Source of the DNA: the human T2T-CHM13v2.0 reference genome, Homo sapiens
Length of the DNA stretch: 64,000 bases
NCBI RefSeq assembly: GCF_009914755.1
Contig: NC_060937.1
Reading direction: 5' to 3' (one strand)
Part shown: in pieces, positions 1 to 13,408 of the stretch
Layout: each line of letters starts with the position of its first letter
Numbering within the stretch: position 1 is the stretch's first letter
Program-made: the position numbers and the translations under genes
The notes under the pieces: model-generated
Seen by the model: only the letters and a program-made list of their open reading frames with translations
Database searches by the model: none
Told to the model about the DNA's origin: nothing

Positions 1-276
1 GTCATTTATGTTGCGAGTTGTCTCCACTGCTTTATGACCCATTTTGAATTCGAATAAGAAAGCCACTTTAATTTGCTTTATGTCTAACATCATTTTCATA
101 GGCTAAATTAAACAAAAAATAAACAGCAAGTTATAAGTCGTTAGCAAAAAAACGTAAAATGAGAAATACCCGTTAAAATGACATATAACACAACCACATT
201 TTTTAAAGAATGCATTCCAATATTAAACGCAAATTCCAACAATACAAAAACCTCAATTACTTTTGTACCAACCTAA
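1..276 (-). mobile_element. Hsmar1 mariner transposon, 5' end (TIR, leader and start of transposase), running off the left edge
   Basis: Minus strand begins TTAGGTTGGTACAAAAGTAATTGAGGTTTT (Hsmar1 TIR), with TA at 277-278. The minus-strand ATG at 99 reads MKMMLDIKQIKVAFLFEFKMGHKAVETTRNIND, matching the Hsmar1/SETMAR transposase N-terminus. Confidence 0.93.
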
Positions 277-364
277 TAACTCTTTTTATTCAGCACCATG
301 GTCCTATCAAGCATACACTAGATACTTGACAGATATCTTTATTTTAAAAAAGCAAGTTGCAAAG

Positions 365-490
365 TGGGTATTCTCATTCCATTCATTCCATTTCACAGAT
401 AAGGAAATGAGACATAGTAGTTAAACAACTGGATCAAGGTCACACAGCTGGTAAACACTGAGCATGGAATTCTACCTGCCTGGCTCTAGT
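365..490 (-). mobile_element. MIR SINE fragment
   Basis: Reverse-complement MIR core: ccatttcacagataaggaaatgag...aaggtcacacagctggtaa. Confidence 0.75.
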
Positions 491-710
491 AGTTACAGTT
501 TTCCATGTCCATGATACAGCCCAAACATCTGCTTACAGCTTTGCCTACTTATAAAGTCACATCATAGTAGCTTTTTAAGAGAAGTTTTTCCAAACTGGAG
601 TGCACCTCCACTATTCGAGGGGAAAATGGGCTACTGTGAAGAGAGAAGAGTATTGCAGGGCCAAATAATTCTGAGCAATGGTGAGTTATTAAAGTTAAAT
701 ACTTTGACTT

Positions 711-1073
<363 letters not shown>

Positions 1074-1117
1074 TTAGGGGCCAGTAAATTACAGGGTATC
1101 TCAGTCTTATTGGCCAC

Positions 1118-1474
1118 TGATATGGTTTGTCTGTGTCCCCACCCAAACCTCATCTTGAATTCCCAAGTGTTGTGGGAGGGACTGGGTGAGAGGCAATTGA
1201 ATCATGGGGGCAAGTCTTTCCCGTGCTGTTCTCCTGTTAGTGATTAAGCCTCATGAGATCTGATGGTTTTAAAAAGAGGAGTTCCCCTGCACAAGCTCTC
1301 TCTCTTTGCCTGCTGCCATCCATGTAAGACCTGATTTGCTCTTTTTTGCTTTCCACCATGATTGTGAGGCTTCCCCAGCCACGTGGAATTGTAAGTCCAA
1401 TTAAACCTCTTTCTTTTGTAAATTGCCCAGTCTTGGGTTTATCTCTATCAGCAGCATGAAAACGGACTAATACA
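1118..1474 (+). mobile_element. THE1 (ERVL-MaLR) solo LTR
   Basis: TGATATGGTTTG...CTAATACA termini; perfect 5-bp target-site duplication (TSD) GCCAC. Confidence 0.93.
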
Positions 1475-2227
1475 GCCACATAATCTTTTTTAGGACATTC
1501 CTATTGACCTCTCCTGTCACAGAGCTTGTAGATCAATGGCCTCCTGGATCTGTGCAGAGGCTGGTGGGAGATGGACATTGACATTAGGCAGGCTCTGCTG
1601 CATGGCAGCTGCAGAAGGAGCTCACATTTCATCAATTGCTTTTTAATGACATCTCCTTCAACACCCCCTTCCCCTAAAATCTCTGTTCTTTAACTGCTTC
1701 TTCCAGATTACCAACAGAAAAGACAGAGGAGGACATATCTTTTCTTCCTTCCCAAAGCACCCTCCTTTGTTGCTCCTGACCTAAATGTAGTCACACAGGC
1801 AGCTAAATCACAGTCATGGTGAAGCCAGCCCTATTCATCCTTCTCAATGATACCATTCTTCTGGACTTTTCAAAATAAAGAATCTAATAATGCTCCATCT
1901 TTATAGAAAGCAATTTCTTTAATTTTAGGTGAATTTGATGATTTGGCTTTTATTCAGAGCTCTTTTAAGGGCCTTATTCTTCTCCTTTCTTTTTTTGTAT
2001 ATTTGGAGACATTTTATGACATGCAGAACAGAATAGCTCTAAAGCATAATTACATAACTGTGAAAGATTCTCCTGTCTTTCACAACATAATACTTTTCCT
2101 TGGCCATATCACTCACCTGCCATCTGCTCCCACTCCTGATATTCCTGTGGCCATATTCTTTTCTTTTTAGAGGCAGTAACTTGAACTGCATCAATTCCAC
2201 TTATATTCTATAATGCTTAAACTTGTT

Positions 2228-2420
2228 TTTAAATATTTTTAAATTTTAGAATAGTTTTAGATTTACAGAGAAGTTATGAAGATAGTACAGAGAATTTTCA
2301 TATACCCCATGCCCAGTTTATTGTATTATATTAGGATGATATATTTATCACAGTTAATGAGCCAGTATTGATACATTATTTATTAACTGAGTTCACATTT
2401 TATTCAAATTTCTTGTTTTC
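2228..2420 (-). mobile_element. Old L1 (L1MC-like) 3' end fragment
   Basis: ttttagaatagttttagatttacag...gatagtacagag, typical of the antisense L1MC 3'UTR. Confidence 0.7.
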
Positions 2421-2688
2421 ACTTCTCAAAAAACAAAATTCCATAGCTGATTTTCAGCACCTAAAAATTAAGTGTCCAGTGTTATATTTCAGAAGGGTAA
2501 AGGAAATTTTCCTGTCTCTTCTTCATGGGGGTTAGCAATAGGCAAGAAACCCCCTCCAAGGCTGAGGCCTCATCAACATTCAGCTTTCGCCTGATTTAAG
2601 AGCTCCATTTCTTGATCCTGCCACCTCCCCCATACAAGTTTCTTTATAAGATCTGGGAACTAGATCTTTATAAGGCCTGGGAACCCCA

Positions 2689-2950
2689 GGCCAGGTGCGG
2701 TGGTTCATGCCTGTAATCCTAGCACTTTGGAAGGCCGAGGTGGGCAGATCACGAGGTCAGGAGATCAAGACCATCCTGGCTAACATGGTGAAACCCTGTC
2801 TCTACTAAAAATACAAAAAAAATTAGTTGGGCATGTTGGCAGGCGCCTGTAGTCCCAGCTACTTGGGAGACTGAGGCAGGAGAATGGCATGAACCCGGCA
2901 GGCAGAGCTTGCAGTGAGCCAAGATCCCACCCTGCACTCCAGCCTAGGCA
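2689..2950 (+). mobile_element. AluY-like element lacking its 3' end and A-tail
   Basis: AluY-type positions (gatcacgaggtcaggagatc...ctggctaac; agcttgcagtgag); stops abruptly at agcctaggca. Confidence 0.92.
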
Positions 2951-3086
2951 GCTCAACAAATTGAGTTCAAAGATCAAATTGACTTTTATTAGTGATTCAT
3001 GAATCAGGCAGCATCCATCTATAAAATTGAAACCCATCTTTCAATGGGTTGTTTTGTCTCTTTTACATACCATTTCATTATGTGTG

Positions 3087-3471
3087 TGATATGGTTTGAC
3101 TCTGTGTTCCCACCCAAATCTTATGTTGAATTGTAATTCTCCATGTTGGGGGAGGGACCTGGTAGAAGGTGATTAGATCATGGGGGCAGATTTCCCCCTT
3201 GCTGTTCTCGTGAAAGTGAGTGAGTTATTACAAGATCTTGCTGTTTGAAAGTGTGTAGCACTTCCCCATTCACTGTCTCTCTCCTGCTCCACATGTGAAG
3301 AAGGTGCTTGCTTCCCCTTCACTCTTCCGCCAGGATTGTAAGTTTCCTAAAGCTTCCCCAGCCATGCCTCCTGTACAGACGGTGGAACTATAAGTCAATT
3401 AAACCTCTTTTCTTCATATATTACCCAGTCTCAGGTAGTTCTTTACAGGAGTGTAAGAATGGACTAATACA
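3087..3471 (+). mobile_element. MSTA-like (MaLR) solo LTR
   Basis: TGATATGGTTTG...CTAATACA termini; TSD GTGTG on both sides. Confidence 0.92.
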
Positions 3472-4329
3472 GTGTGTTTTTTCCTCTCTTTCTTTCTTTC
3501 TTTTTTCTTTATTTTTTTCCTTGTTTGCTGGCACTGCAAGTTACTTCAGGCTTATCTTCTGCATTCCCTAACTTCATGCACCAATTTGCTCTGTCACTTT
3601 TTTCCATATTTTTGTCCCCCCACTCATAGTGCTTAAGTTGAAATCACAGATCCTGTGGTAATTAGTATGTTTTCAAATCAATACAATGATTTGACATGAC
3701 AGACTGCTCCGGTAATTTTTAATGTTAATGAAACTGCATTTAGAGAAGATTTAGGCTTATTGTGAATTATTTAATTTATATAGCCAATTATGAACTGTAT
3801 GCATGGATGGAGAGAAAAGAAGATAATGGAAAAACAGAGATAAGCCAAAATCATTTTTATTTGACTTGAAATATTAAGACACCTACAAGTGAATACCTTC
3901 CCCTCCCTCCCTGACAACTGCAACAGAGTGGTGGGGTCCATTTATCACTGTCCTGAGACTGGACTGGATGAGAATTGGGGAGAGCTTCAGTTTCCCCAGA
4001 AACCACATAAACTCAATATTCAAGACTTGCTGAGAAATGAAACATCAAAAAATAAGATGATTACAAAAACACAGCATAATTAATCTGTTTGCTTTTAAAA
4101 CATCTGCATCAGGCCAGGGAATTTCTGGTTTAACACATACAGTTACAATGGATAATTTCTTACTGTCTCTCTTCCACAATCCAAAAGCATCCCACTTGAA
4201 GTCTAATTTTCATAAATGACTTATGATGATGGTGAGCAAAGGAATTCTCAGTATCAAAAAATCAGATTGTCAACATTTGACTGACAATTTGAAGGAGACT
4301 AGAATTCTTTTTGCGTGTGTGTGGGTATC

Positions 4330-4730
4330 ATTTGTTAATTTTTATTGCTGAATAGTATTCCATTGTAGGGATATACCACAGTTTGTTTATTTGGTCACTT
4401 TTTGGTGGTTGACATCAATGAAATGTTGACATTTAAGCTGTTTCCCTTTTTGGCTATTACAAACAAAGCTGCTATGAACATTCACGTATAAGTCTATGTA
4501 TGGACATATGCTTCCATTTCTCTTAGTAAATATCTTTGTGTAGAATAGCTGTCCTTTATGATAGGTGTACATTCAACTTTGTAAGAAACTTCCAAACTGC
4601 TATCCAAAGTCGTTGTAATTTTGTATTCCCAATAGTAATCTTTGAGAGTTCTATTTCCTCTCCATTCTCAACAACACTTGGTATAGTTGGTCTTTTTAAT
4701 TATAAACATTCTAATAGGTGTGAAATATAA
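4330..4730 (-). mobile_element. Old L1M internal fragment (ORF2 end/3'UTR)
   Basis: tttttattgctgaatagtattccattgta...gctgctatgaacattc, antisense L1M. Lies inside a perfect 23-bp direct repeat (see findings). Confidence 0.8.
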
Positions 4731-4968
4731 GTTCAGGAAGAGATATTCAACATCATTTTTATTTAGAGAAGGAGACTAGAATTCTTTTTGTGAATTAATA
4801 TATATGGCAAATTAAGGAAGTGTTGTCAACATTACATTTTAAAAAATAAAATGTTTACTTAACAATATTTCCATTTCCTAAAAAAAATAGAATTGTGTGT
4901 AATATTGTGCCCCTACCAGACAGAAAGATCCAATAAAGTGATGATATGGAGTGGTCTCAAAGTACGAA

Positions 4969-5056
4969 AGGACTGGGCATAGTGGCTCATGCCTATAATC
5001 CTAGCACTTTTGGGATTGGGAGGATTGCTTGAGGCCAGGAGTTTGAGACCAGCCCC
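4969..5056 (+). mobile_element. FLAM/Alu monomer
   Basis: gtggctcatgcctataatcctagcac...ggattgcttgaggccaggagtttgagaccagcc. Confidence 0.85.
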
Positions 5057-6779
5057 CTCTCTATTCAATTTTTAGAAAATTAAAATAAAATTTAAAAAAT
5101 TGCTCACTAACTATGGTCTGAAAAAATGAATAATAACTGTTATATTTTATATATATATAAAACCATAGACATTATTGTAAGCAGATGTTCTCATACATTT
5201 AAGTAGTTTATAGAATTGTTAACCTAAACCTCATTAATATTTTAAATTTCTTGAGAATTCATTTTACAACTAATTGATCCTGTCTGGATCTCCGTGTAAC
5301 CCTGTACTTCAGCAAGTATGTCTTAGTGGATATAATCACAAAGCAACTTAATTTTATTATCCCACTATAACTTTAATGTTATTTAGCTGAGGTGGTTCCT
5401 CCCTCTTTCTGGATCAAAAGGCTAGCAATCTCCTAACTCTCTGGTTAGTTTCAAAATTACGAAGTCCTATAATTCCGCTAAAGGCCAAGCAAAGTTTCAA
5501 ATTAGAAATTAGAAAGGTCACCCTTACTTATTAATCAAACCTTCCAGCTTCATTCAAGTCACAACTGTTTCCCCTCCCACCAGATGGAACATATTCTGGG
5601 GAGAAAGGGGTTACAGTGTCTTCTCTCTTTCTAGCTCTTTCAGAGCCCTTGGAGGTTGGAGAGAAGGAAAAAGTTTTCTGTAAAGAGAGTTGTGGCATGA
5701 GTCTTAGTCCGCCGTCAGAGCTGGGAAGTGTTCATCTCTTTGTTGTGAACCAAGAGAAAGGAACTACAGAGGGATCATTTGCAGAGCGTGATATGTGTAC
5801 CCTGAAATTAGAAGGACCCAGTACACTGGTGACTAACTCCCCTCTGAGAAATCTGGAGGATAAATAATGGGCTGACCAGCTGATACAAATGGTGCTGAGG
5901 GAAAGGTGGCTGCCAAAGGAATGAGCCTGGACTTCAAGTTTGTCAGGGAAAAAGAAGCATGAGTGTTTCTCATGATCCACTGGAGATAGTTTTAGATCCT
6001 GTATAATGGGGCCACTAGAGAAGGGATGGGACCTGCAGTAGCTACAGCAGAGGCTGGATGCCCAAGTGTAAGGGATGAGCTGGAGCAGTGTTATCACTGG
6101 CATTAGGGGCTGTGCAGGTGAAAAATCACTCATGGGGCTGGGATCCAATAACCCACAAAAGCACTCAGAAAACACACAACACCTCCAAACACCAGCCGGA
6201 CTTAGAAAACAGAAGGCCAGCTCAATACACGAACAGTCGAAGAAGGAACTTTCCTTCCCTTCTAATCTTCTTTTTTCTGAAAGAAAAAAAAACCACCATG
6301 CAGATTCCAATGACAGTAATCTAGGGGTGAACCAGAGCAAAGGCATTTTTCAAAACATCTCCAATGATTCTAACATATATCTGGAGTTTGGTGCCAATGG
6401 TTTGGACTAATCTTCAATTATCCATGTCAAAGGACAAGTTGGGATAATTGCAGGTTCTGGGAAGAACACAGATAACTGAATTCTATAGACAACCCCAAAT
6501 CTCATTTTTGTCAATGGCTTCAGACTTTTTATATTTTAACTAGGTGATAATACCAAAATTGACTGTCTTGATTTCCTATCTTTATTTCTGTCACTCATGA
6601 TAAGATGGAGGTGCTAATTAACAGTGAAATGGCCTGAAGACAGACAAAAGGCAAGAGAAAAAGAGGGAAAGGAGTGTGTGGATCCAGAAATTAGTTCTTT
6701 GTCCTTGTAATTGCAGGGTTAACAGGCATATGGTGCTGTGTGCCAGAACCCAGTAAGAGAATTCTACAAATAACACATT

Positions 6780-6925
6780 TCTTCTCACAACCACTCTGTG
6801 AGGCAGGTTATTATCCCCATTTTACAGATGAGAAAACTGTGGCACGAAGATGATGTTAACCTGCCCAAAGTCATAAAGCTAGCCAGCAGTGAAGCCGGAA
6901 TGGTACCCAGATTATCTGACTCCAG
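6780..6925 (-). mobile_element. MIR
   Basis: attatccccattttacagatgagaaaactgtggcac... Confidence 0.8.
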
Positions 6926-6930
6926 TCTGG

Positions 6931-7259
<329 letters not shown>

Positions 7260-7418
7260 TAATAAGCTCATGAGCAAAACGTGTGAGTATATTAAATAGA
7301 AAAAAAATCGGAAGAACTCTGTAGTAATCCTTCAGAAAGTCTAAGAAGCATATTTTTGAATGGATCCTGAATGCTTTTTTTTTTTTCCTGGTTATACTGC
7401 TGACTCACAGTGTGGAAT

Positions 7419-7757
7419 TGAGAGAGCCAAGTGTAAAGGGGTCCCCACTGAAATTCCAACCACCTGCGCACTGGGAGGAATGTGCACTGGGGTGAAGCCA
7501 CAGAAGTTCACGCTGTTTGCAGTGGGGAGGAGCCTGGCCCCTCCTCTTCCTGGGTGGAACCTGGGATTCAGTCTGGGAGGCAGGAAGCCCACTAGAGCAG
7601 GACTCTCACTCTGCTGAGGGTCCCTGTTTCCCTTTTTTCCTTTTTGCCCAATAAATCCCATTTTTCTCACCCTTCAAAGTGTCTGCGAGCCTAATATTTC
7701 ATGGCCATGTGACAAGGACCCCATCTTTAGCTGAACTAAGGAGAAATCCCTTCAACA
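7419..7757 (+). mobile_element. MER61 (ERV1) solo LTR
   Basis: TGAGAGAGCCAAGTGTAAAGGGG...TTCAACA termini, internal AATAAA, 4-bp TSD GAAT. Confidence 0.85.
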
Positions 7758-8395
7758 GAATCAGTTTCTGAGCTAACACTTTAAAGAAATGATTATTTGC
7801 AAATTCAAAGCTAGTTTATTATTAAATATTTTGGTACCTGAAAGGTAATACAATTTACCTTGAAACTAAATCCCTGAGTGAAGTGATTGATAGATTATTG
7901 CTACTATTCTAAGAATATCTGCTTAAATAAACAGATTCTACAGAACCTCTTTCCACACTCACCACTTGTACAGTTTTCCTGAATAACACAATTTCTATCT
8001 TGCTTCCCCATTTGTATTCATTTCACCTATCAGGTAAGAGAGCCTTGATTCAATCAGGGTTTTATTAAGCCCTCGTCATGTACTTAATTCTATATCTCTT
8101 TCAAAATGTCATAATCTATCGTCTCATCATGAGCTGCCTCTAGTCAGTTTATTAGTGTCCTACGTGTTCATGATGTGCTTTGCTTTCCACCATGCTAATT
8201 AAATTACTTGTTGGATAAATTATTGCAGAATGTTCCGGATGATGGCGATCAGACAAATGTCAGGGTGCTCGTTAATATTTCCTAAACACTTGCAGGAAGG
8301 AAAACATTGCTATTTTGCTCTGGTCCTCTCCCTCTGTCTCTGAAGACTGGCAGACATCAGTATTGCTACAAGATACCCTGAGCTGACTCTAGGCC

Positions 8396-8547
8396 AGTGG
8401 ATCTCAACTTTGGCTGCGCATTGGAATCACCTGGAAAGCTTTAAAAAAATACTACTGCCAGGGTTCCAGCCCCCAGAGATTCTGATATCATTGTTCCAAG
8501 GGATTTGGGGGTGATTCTAGAGTGTAGCTTGGGTTAGGAATCCATTG
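8396..8547. mobile_element. MER5A-type hAT MITE
   Basis: cagtggatctcaactttggctgcgcattggaatcacctgg...gaatccattg. Confidence 0.75.
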
Positions 8548-8886
8548 CTCAAGAGCTAGCAAACCCATAGGGAAAAGCAACAAATGAGACTACGTATATT
8601 TTCCATAGTCACTCACAGTTTCTTTTTATTTCTTTTGAAATAGGTATTACATTAGTATTTTACTTGTATGTAGTTCCCTTGGGTAATTGTACTATGTGCT
8701 TGTAAAATGTCTCAGCTTTTCACCTGGGTCATGGAGATGTCATGTAAACCAATAATTCTTCGGAATTAGCCTGTGTATAAAGGAGCATTGATTTTTACTG
8801 GCAAATTTCCCTCACGGTCCACTGGCTCTAAAGTCAGAGAAGCACATGTAGAAGTAGACAGGTTATAGTGAGTGTTCTTACAGTGA

Positions 8887-9208
<322 letters not shown>

Positions 9209-9494
9209 CATACCTGGATTTTTTAATAGCACATATCCATTTTCCAGTAAATAACCGATTCCACAGATTTTGAGGGGCAAAAACACAATGCCTTTCCTTA
9301 AAATAATGACTAAAAGACATGCCCATCTTTTTTCTGTGGTTTCCATAACCCATCTTGAAAGAACAAGAAACATATCCAGGGGAAATGGCAGGGTACCCAG
9401 GAAGGTGTTACTGTCATTGAGCAAAAAATTATTTCACATTCAAACACTGATTACCCACCCGTTGATAGGGGGTGACCATAAGCTAAGAATATAG

Positions 9495-9630
9495 TCCACC
9501 TGTGCCTCCATTTTCTCATCTGCAGGATGGGGATAGTAGTAGACCCTGTCTAATGGGCTGATGTGAGGATTATCATGTAAAGTTCTTAAAACAGGCCTGG
9601 ACACATGTTAAGCCCTCAATAAATATTAGT
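9495..9630 (+). mobile_element. MIR
   Basis: ctgtgcctccattttctcatctgcaggatggggatagta...ctcaataaatattag. Confidence 0.75.
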
Positions 9631-10065
9631 TGAAATACTATTTTTTTTCAAGGCCCTAGAATTGGAAATCATCAATTTCACCCAACAATTTAGCTGTCTC
9701 TTCTAAGAGTTTAAGAAGGGTGACATAATTGGCCCTTGGGGACACACAGGGCAGGAGACTCAAGGACCCCAGCAGCAGCCCTCGTTTCCTACTATTATTT
9801 GACGGTATCAAAGGGGCATCATCTCCACCTACTGGTCCCAGTCCATTGTCTAAAATTCATTTTCCTCATTAGTCAGAATGGTAAGCACCACAAAAGCAGA
9901 AATAATATATGTTTTATTCACAGATATGCACCCAGTTATCATCCCAGGTTCTGGCACCCAGGAAGTGAGCAATAAAGTGTCAATTAATCCAGAAGCCCGG
10001 GTGGGGTAATATATCAGCTATTAACATTTTAGTCTAATTAGACCACCCAATCTGACACCTCCTGG

Positions 10066-10615
10066 TGTCAGAGGCATTTGAACCAGAGCAACTCCATCTT
10101 GAATAGGAGCTGGGTAAAATGAGGCTGAGACCTACTGGGCTGCATTCCCAGATGGTCAAGGCATTCTAAGTCAAAGAATGAGATAAGAGGTCAGCACAAA
10201 ATGCAGGTCATAAAGACCTTGCTGATAAAACAGGTGGCAGTTAAGAAGCCAGCTAAAACCCACCAAAACCAAGATGGCCACAAGAGTGACCTCTCATTGT
10301 CCTCACTGCTCTACTCCCACCAGCACCATGACGGTTTACAGATGCCATGGCAACATCAGGAAGTTACTCTATGTGGTCTAAAAAGGGGAGGCATGGATTA
10401 TCCACCCCTCATTTAGCATACAATGAAGAAATAACCATAAAAATGGGCAACCAGCAGCCCTTGGGGCTGCTGTATGGAGTAAGCATTCTTTTATGCCTTT
10501 TTTTTCTTAATAAACTTGCTTTCACCTTACTCTATTGACTTGCCCTGAATTCTTTCTTGCACGAGACCTGAGAACCCTCTCATGGGGTCTGGATCTGGAT
10601 CCCTTTCCTGTAACA
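10066..10615 (+). mobile_element. MER41A (ERV1) solo LTR
   Basis: TGTCAGAGGCATTTGAACCAGAGCAACTCCATCTTG...TGTAACA, 550 bp, TSD CTGG/CTGT. Lacks the GAS-bearing segment of MER41B. Confidence 0.9.
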
Positions 10616-11028
10616 CTGTCACCTAGTAGTTCTCAGGTTTACACAGAGAATGAATAAATTGTGAGAGGAGACGGGAAAGCTTGAGGCAAGAATAGGCTTG
10701 GAGGTTATGTCCTGCCCATTGGGAAGGCAGCTTTCCAGAGAAGCCAAAGGGCAGCAGGAGGTTATGGGAAGCAGGGTACCAGGAAGCAGCCAAAGGAGCA
10801 GAGACCCAGTCATATGGCTGTACATGCACAGAAGAGGAAGGAAACCAAGGCAAGAGAGCTCAGGGAGAAGCACAGTGGAGAAGAATGGGGAGGAGATCAG
10901 AGTTCTCACCTGTGGAGAAGCTGAAAGTGATGACAGCAGAAAGCAAAAGTAGAGTACACCATCAATTAACCTCAAATTTTGCTAAGAGGGTCTACTGGGC
11001 CTTTCATATGTAGAGACGAGCTTTTGAC

Positions 11029-11218
11029 CAGTGGTTCTCAAAGTGTGGTCCCCTGTCCAGCAGCATGAACATTACCTGGAAACTTGTTGAAAGGCTAATT
11101 CTTGGGCCCCATGCCACACCCAATGGATCAGAGATTCTGAGGATGGGGCCCAGCAAAATGTTTTAACAAACACTCCAGGTGATTCTGATACAGACTACAG
11201 TTAGATCTGAGAACCACA
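11029..11218. mobile_element. MER5A hAT MITE
   Basis: cagtggttctcaaagtgtggtccc...gagaaccacag terminal repeats. Confidence 0.85.
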
Positions 11219-11309
11219 GATCTAGGTTAAATGATACTCAAAAGCACTGACAAAAGGAAATTAGTCCTGCATCCTAGTGAATGCGATGTGGTGAGAAAGG
11301 TTACTATTT

Positions 11310-11470
11310 AAATCTTTACAACAACCGTGGAAGGTAGGCCGAGAAGATACTACGAACAACTCTATTTTATGTATGAAGAAACAGGCACAGTTCCATAATG
11401 GAGTTATCCAAGGCCACGTATCATTGCATGGTAGAACAGTAGGGCTCATGTCTCCTGATTCAGTGCAAGA
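11310..11470 (-). mobile_element. MIR
   Basis: Degenerate antisense MIR core. Confidence 0.6.
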
Positions 11471-12315
11471 CAGCATTTCCTACCAACCTCCTCTGACAAA
11501 TCCATTTCTACAAATCACAAGTGGTAGTCTCTGAGGTGTCATTCTTTTTATAGTTTTGAGTGGATCAAACCCTTCATATATACCAATTATCGATCAATTC
11601 ATTATTTTTTCAAATGAAAACTTCTATTTGGTCATGACTCCATGATCAAAACAGTAATTAATATTTAGAGCACAGGTTCATTAAAATTAATTTAGGACTT
11701 AATGTTTGGAGTTGAGAATCAGATGCAGAAAAATATGAATGCATCTTTAGAACACTGTGAACAAAATCAATGCACAAAAATTTAGCAAACCAAAAGTAGT
11801 ATTGAAGCTCTGAAGTGAATTTTGAGAAAGAAGAGCGGGACAGCTTAAGATATTTAGCCAGCACATCAAGAAGATGCATGTAAGTTCATTCTTTCTCTAC
11901 CATGAATATCCTTGGGTTTTTGTTTTCTGAGAAAATCTCTGCCTCCATCAGCCTACTCCAGGAAGTCTACGATATGCAAGAGATGACTGTGAACCCTGGG
12001 GAAATAAACATTTGAGGAAGCTAAACATTGTCTTGAAAACTGGGAAGAGTGAAGAAAAGTCTGGGTTAGCATAACAAGAAAGCAACTCCCTAACTGTCAG
12101 CAAAACCTTCCTAATCAACACCTCTATGGCATTTTGAGTCTGCTGGCTACATTCATTCAGACAACGCAATAAACTGTAAAGTGCTCAGAATTTTTGTTGA
12201 GGTTAAATGTGCAACCCCTAAATCTCTGCTGCTATTGTCTTACTGACTAGCTGATTTACTTAACATAGAATATGGCATCTATTTTTACATATGTCATTTA
12301 TAATATACTTTAAGG

Positions 12316-12973
12316 AGTTGGTTCTCAACCTTCGCTGCTCATTTGAATCCACTGGGGAGCTTTTAACAACCCAATGCCCAGGCTGCACCCCAGGCTAGTT
12401 AAATCAGAGTTTCTGATGACAGTTCCCAGGCATTAGTATTTTATTTTTTCCCCACCCATCTTAGGTTCATTCTCTGGCTGAGGCCTTGTAAAATTAGACT
12501 AACAAAAGGCAGATAAACAAAAGAAAAGCATACAATTTTATTAGCATGTGCATCATGCAATCGTCTATGCACACGGGACACTCAGAGATGAGTAACTCAA
12601 AGGGATCATTAGAACTTGGGGTCTACATACCCAGCTTAGTAGGGGAAAGGGAAGAGAGAAAAGGGCACATGTGGAAAAGCAAATAGTTTTTGGAAAGATA
12701 AATGGCCCTTAGGAGAATAGATGGAACATATGATAGTCTTGTGATGACGTTTGTTTGAGTGTAGTGCCAAGAAGAGAAAATAAGAGTTACTCCCCGGGAA
12801 GGCACTTAGGAAAATTGAGCTCTTTTGGGAGGCTCTGCTTTTAGGTAGATAAGGAATTTCAGAAACCAGATCTCTTCAGCTCAAAAGAATCCTTATGCCA
12901 AAGTGACATATTTTGGGGTGGCATATCCTGATTCCCTTCAAGTCCAATGCACAGCCATAGAAAAGAGCCACTG
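12316..12973. mobile_element. MER5A-type MITE interrupted by an LTR
   Basis: 5' half at 12316-12440 (gttggttctcaacc...); 3' half at 12941-12973 (aatgcacagcc...agccactg). Confidence 0.6.
12445..12940 (-). mobile_element. ERV1 LTR, MER31/MER67 group
   Basis: Minus strand starts TGAAGGGAATCAGGATATGCCACCCCAAAATATGTCACTTTGGCATAAGG. Confidence 0.75.
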
Positions 12974-13029
12974 CTCAAAAAAGACATTTATTTTATCTCT
13001 CACACAATTACAAAAGAGAAATAAGAAAC

Positions 13030-13408
13030 GAATAGAATTTAATCTAGAAAAAAGAAATTAACAAGAGAAAAGCATAACAAATTTATTTAACCAAAGTTTT
13101 ACATAACATGGGAGCCTCCAAAAATGAAGACCCTCAAACCAGGGAAATCCATATTTTAATGCTTAGGTTGGAAAAAGAATGGACAGTGATATAGAAGTAT
13201 AATTTGATGCAAAGAATATGATCTAATGGTAATAAACTGTGGGGGAGCTTAGCAAAGCCTGTTTGTTCAGATTCTTCTTGTCCTCCAGACAATTCCTTTA
13301 TCAACAGTTTTCACATAGAAAGGAGTGTAAGGTCAAAGCGACCGCTTCTGCAGTTTTCTCAGTTGCCAAGGTGCCATATTTGGGGGTATTGTGTTCTGAG
13401 TACTGACA
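13030..13408 (-). mobile_element. ERV1 LTR, MER31 group (second copy)
   Basis: Minus strand starts TGTCAGTACTCAGAACACAATACCCCCAAAATATGGCACCTTGG. Confidence 0.7.

Noticed and set aside
5732-6346. 204-aa minus-strand ORF
   Set aside because: Non-ATG start, no recognisable homology, composition typical of non-coding sequence.
7419-7757. MER61 as a p53 response element
   Set aside because: No paired RRRCWWGYYY half-sites are visible in this copy.
10066-10615. MER41 as an interferon-inducible STAT1 enhancer
   Set aside because: The tandem TTCCGGGAA-type GAS segment of MER41B is absent after AAGGGGAGG; this copy is MER41A-type.
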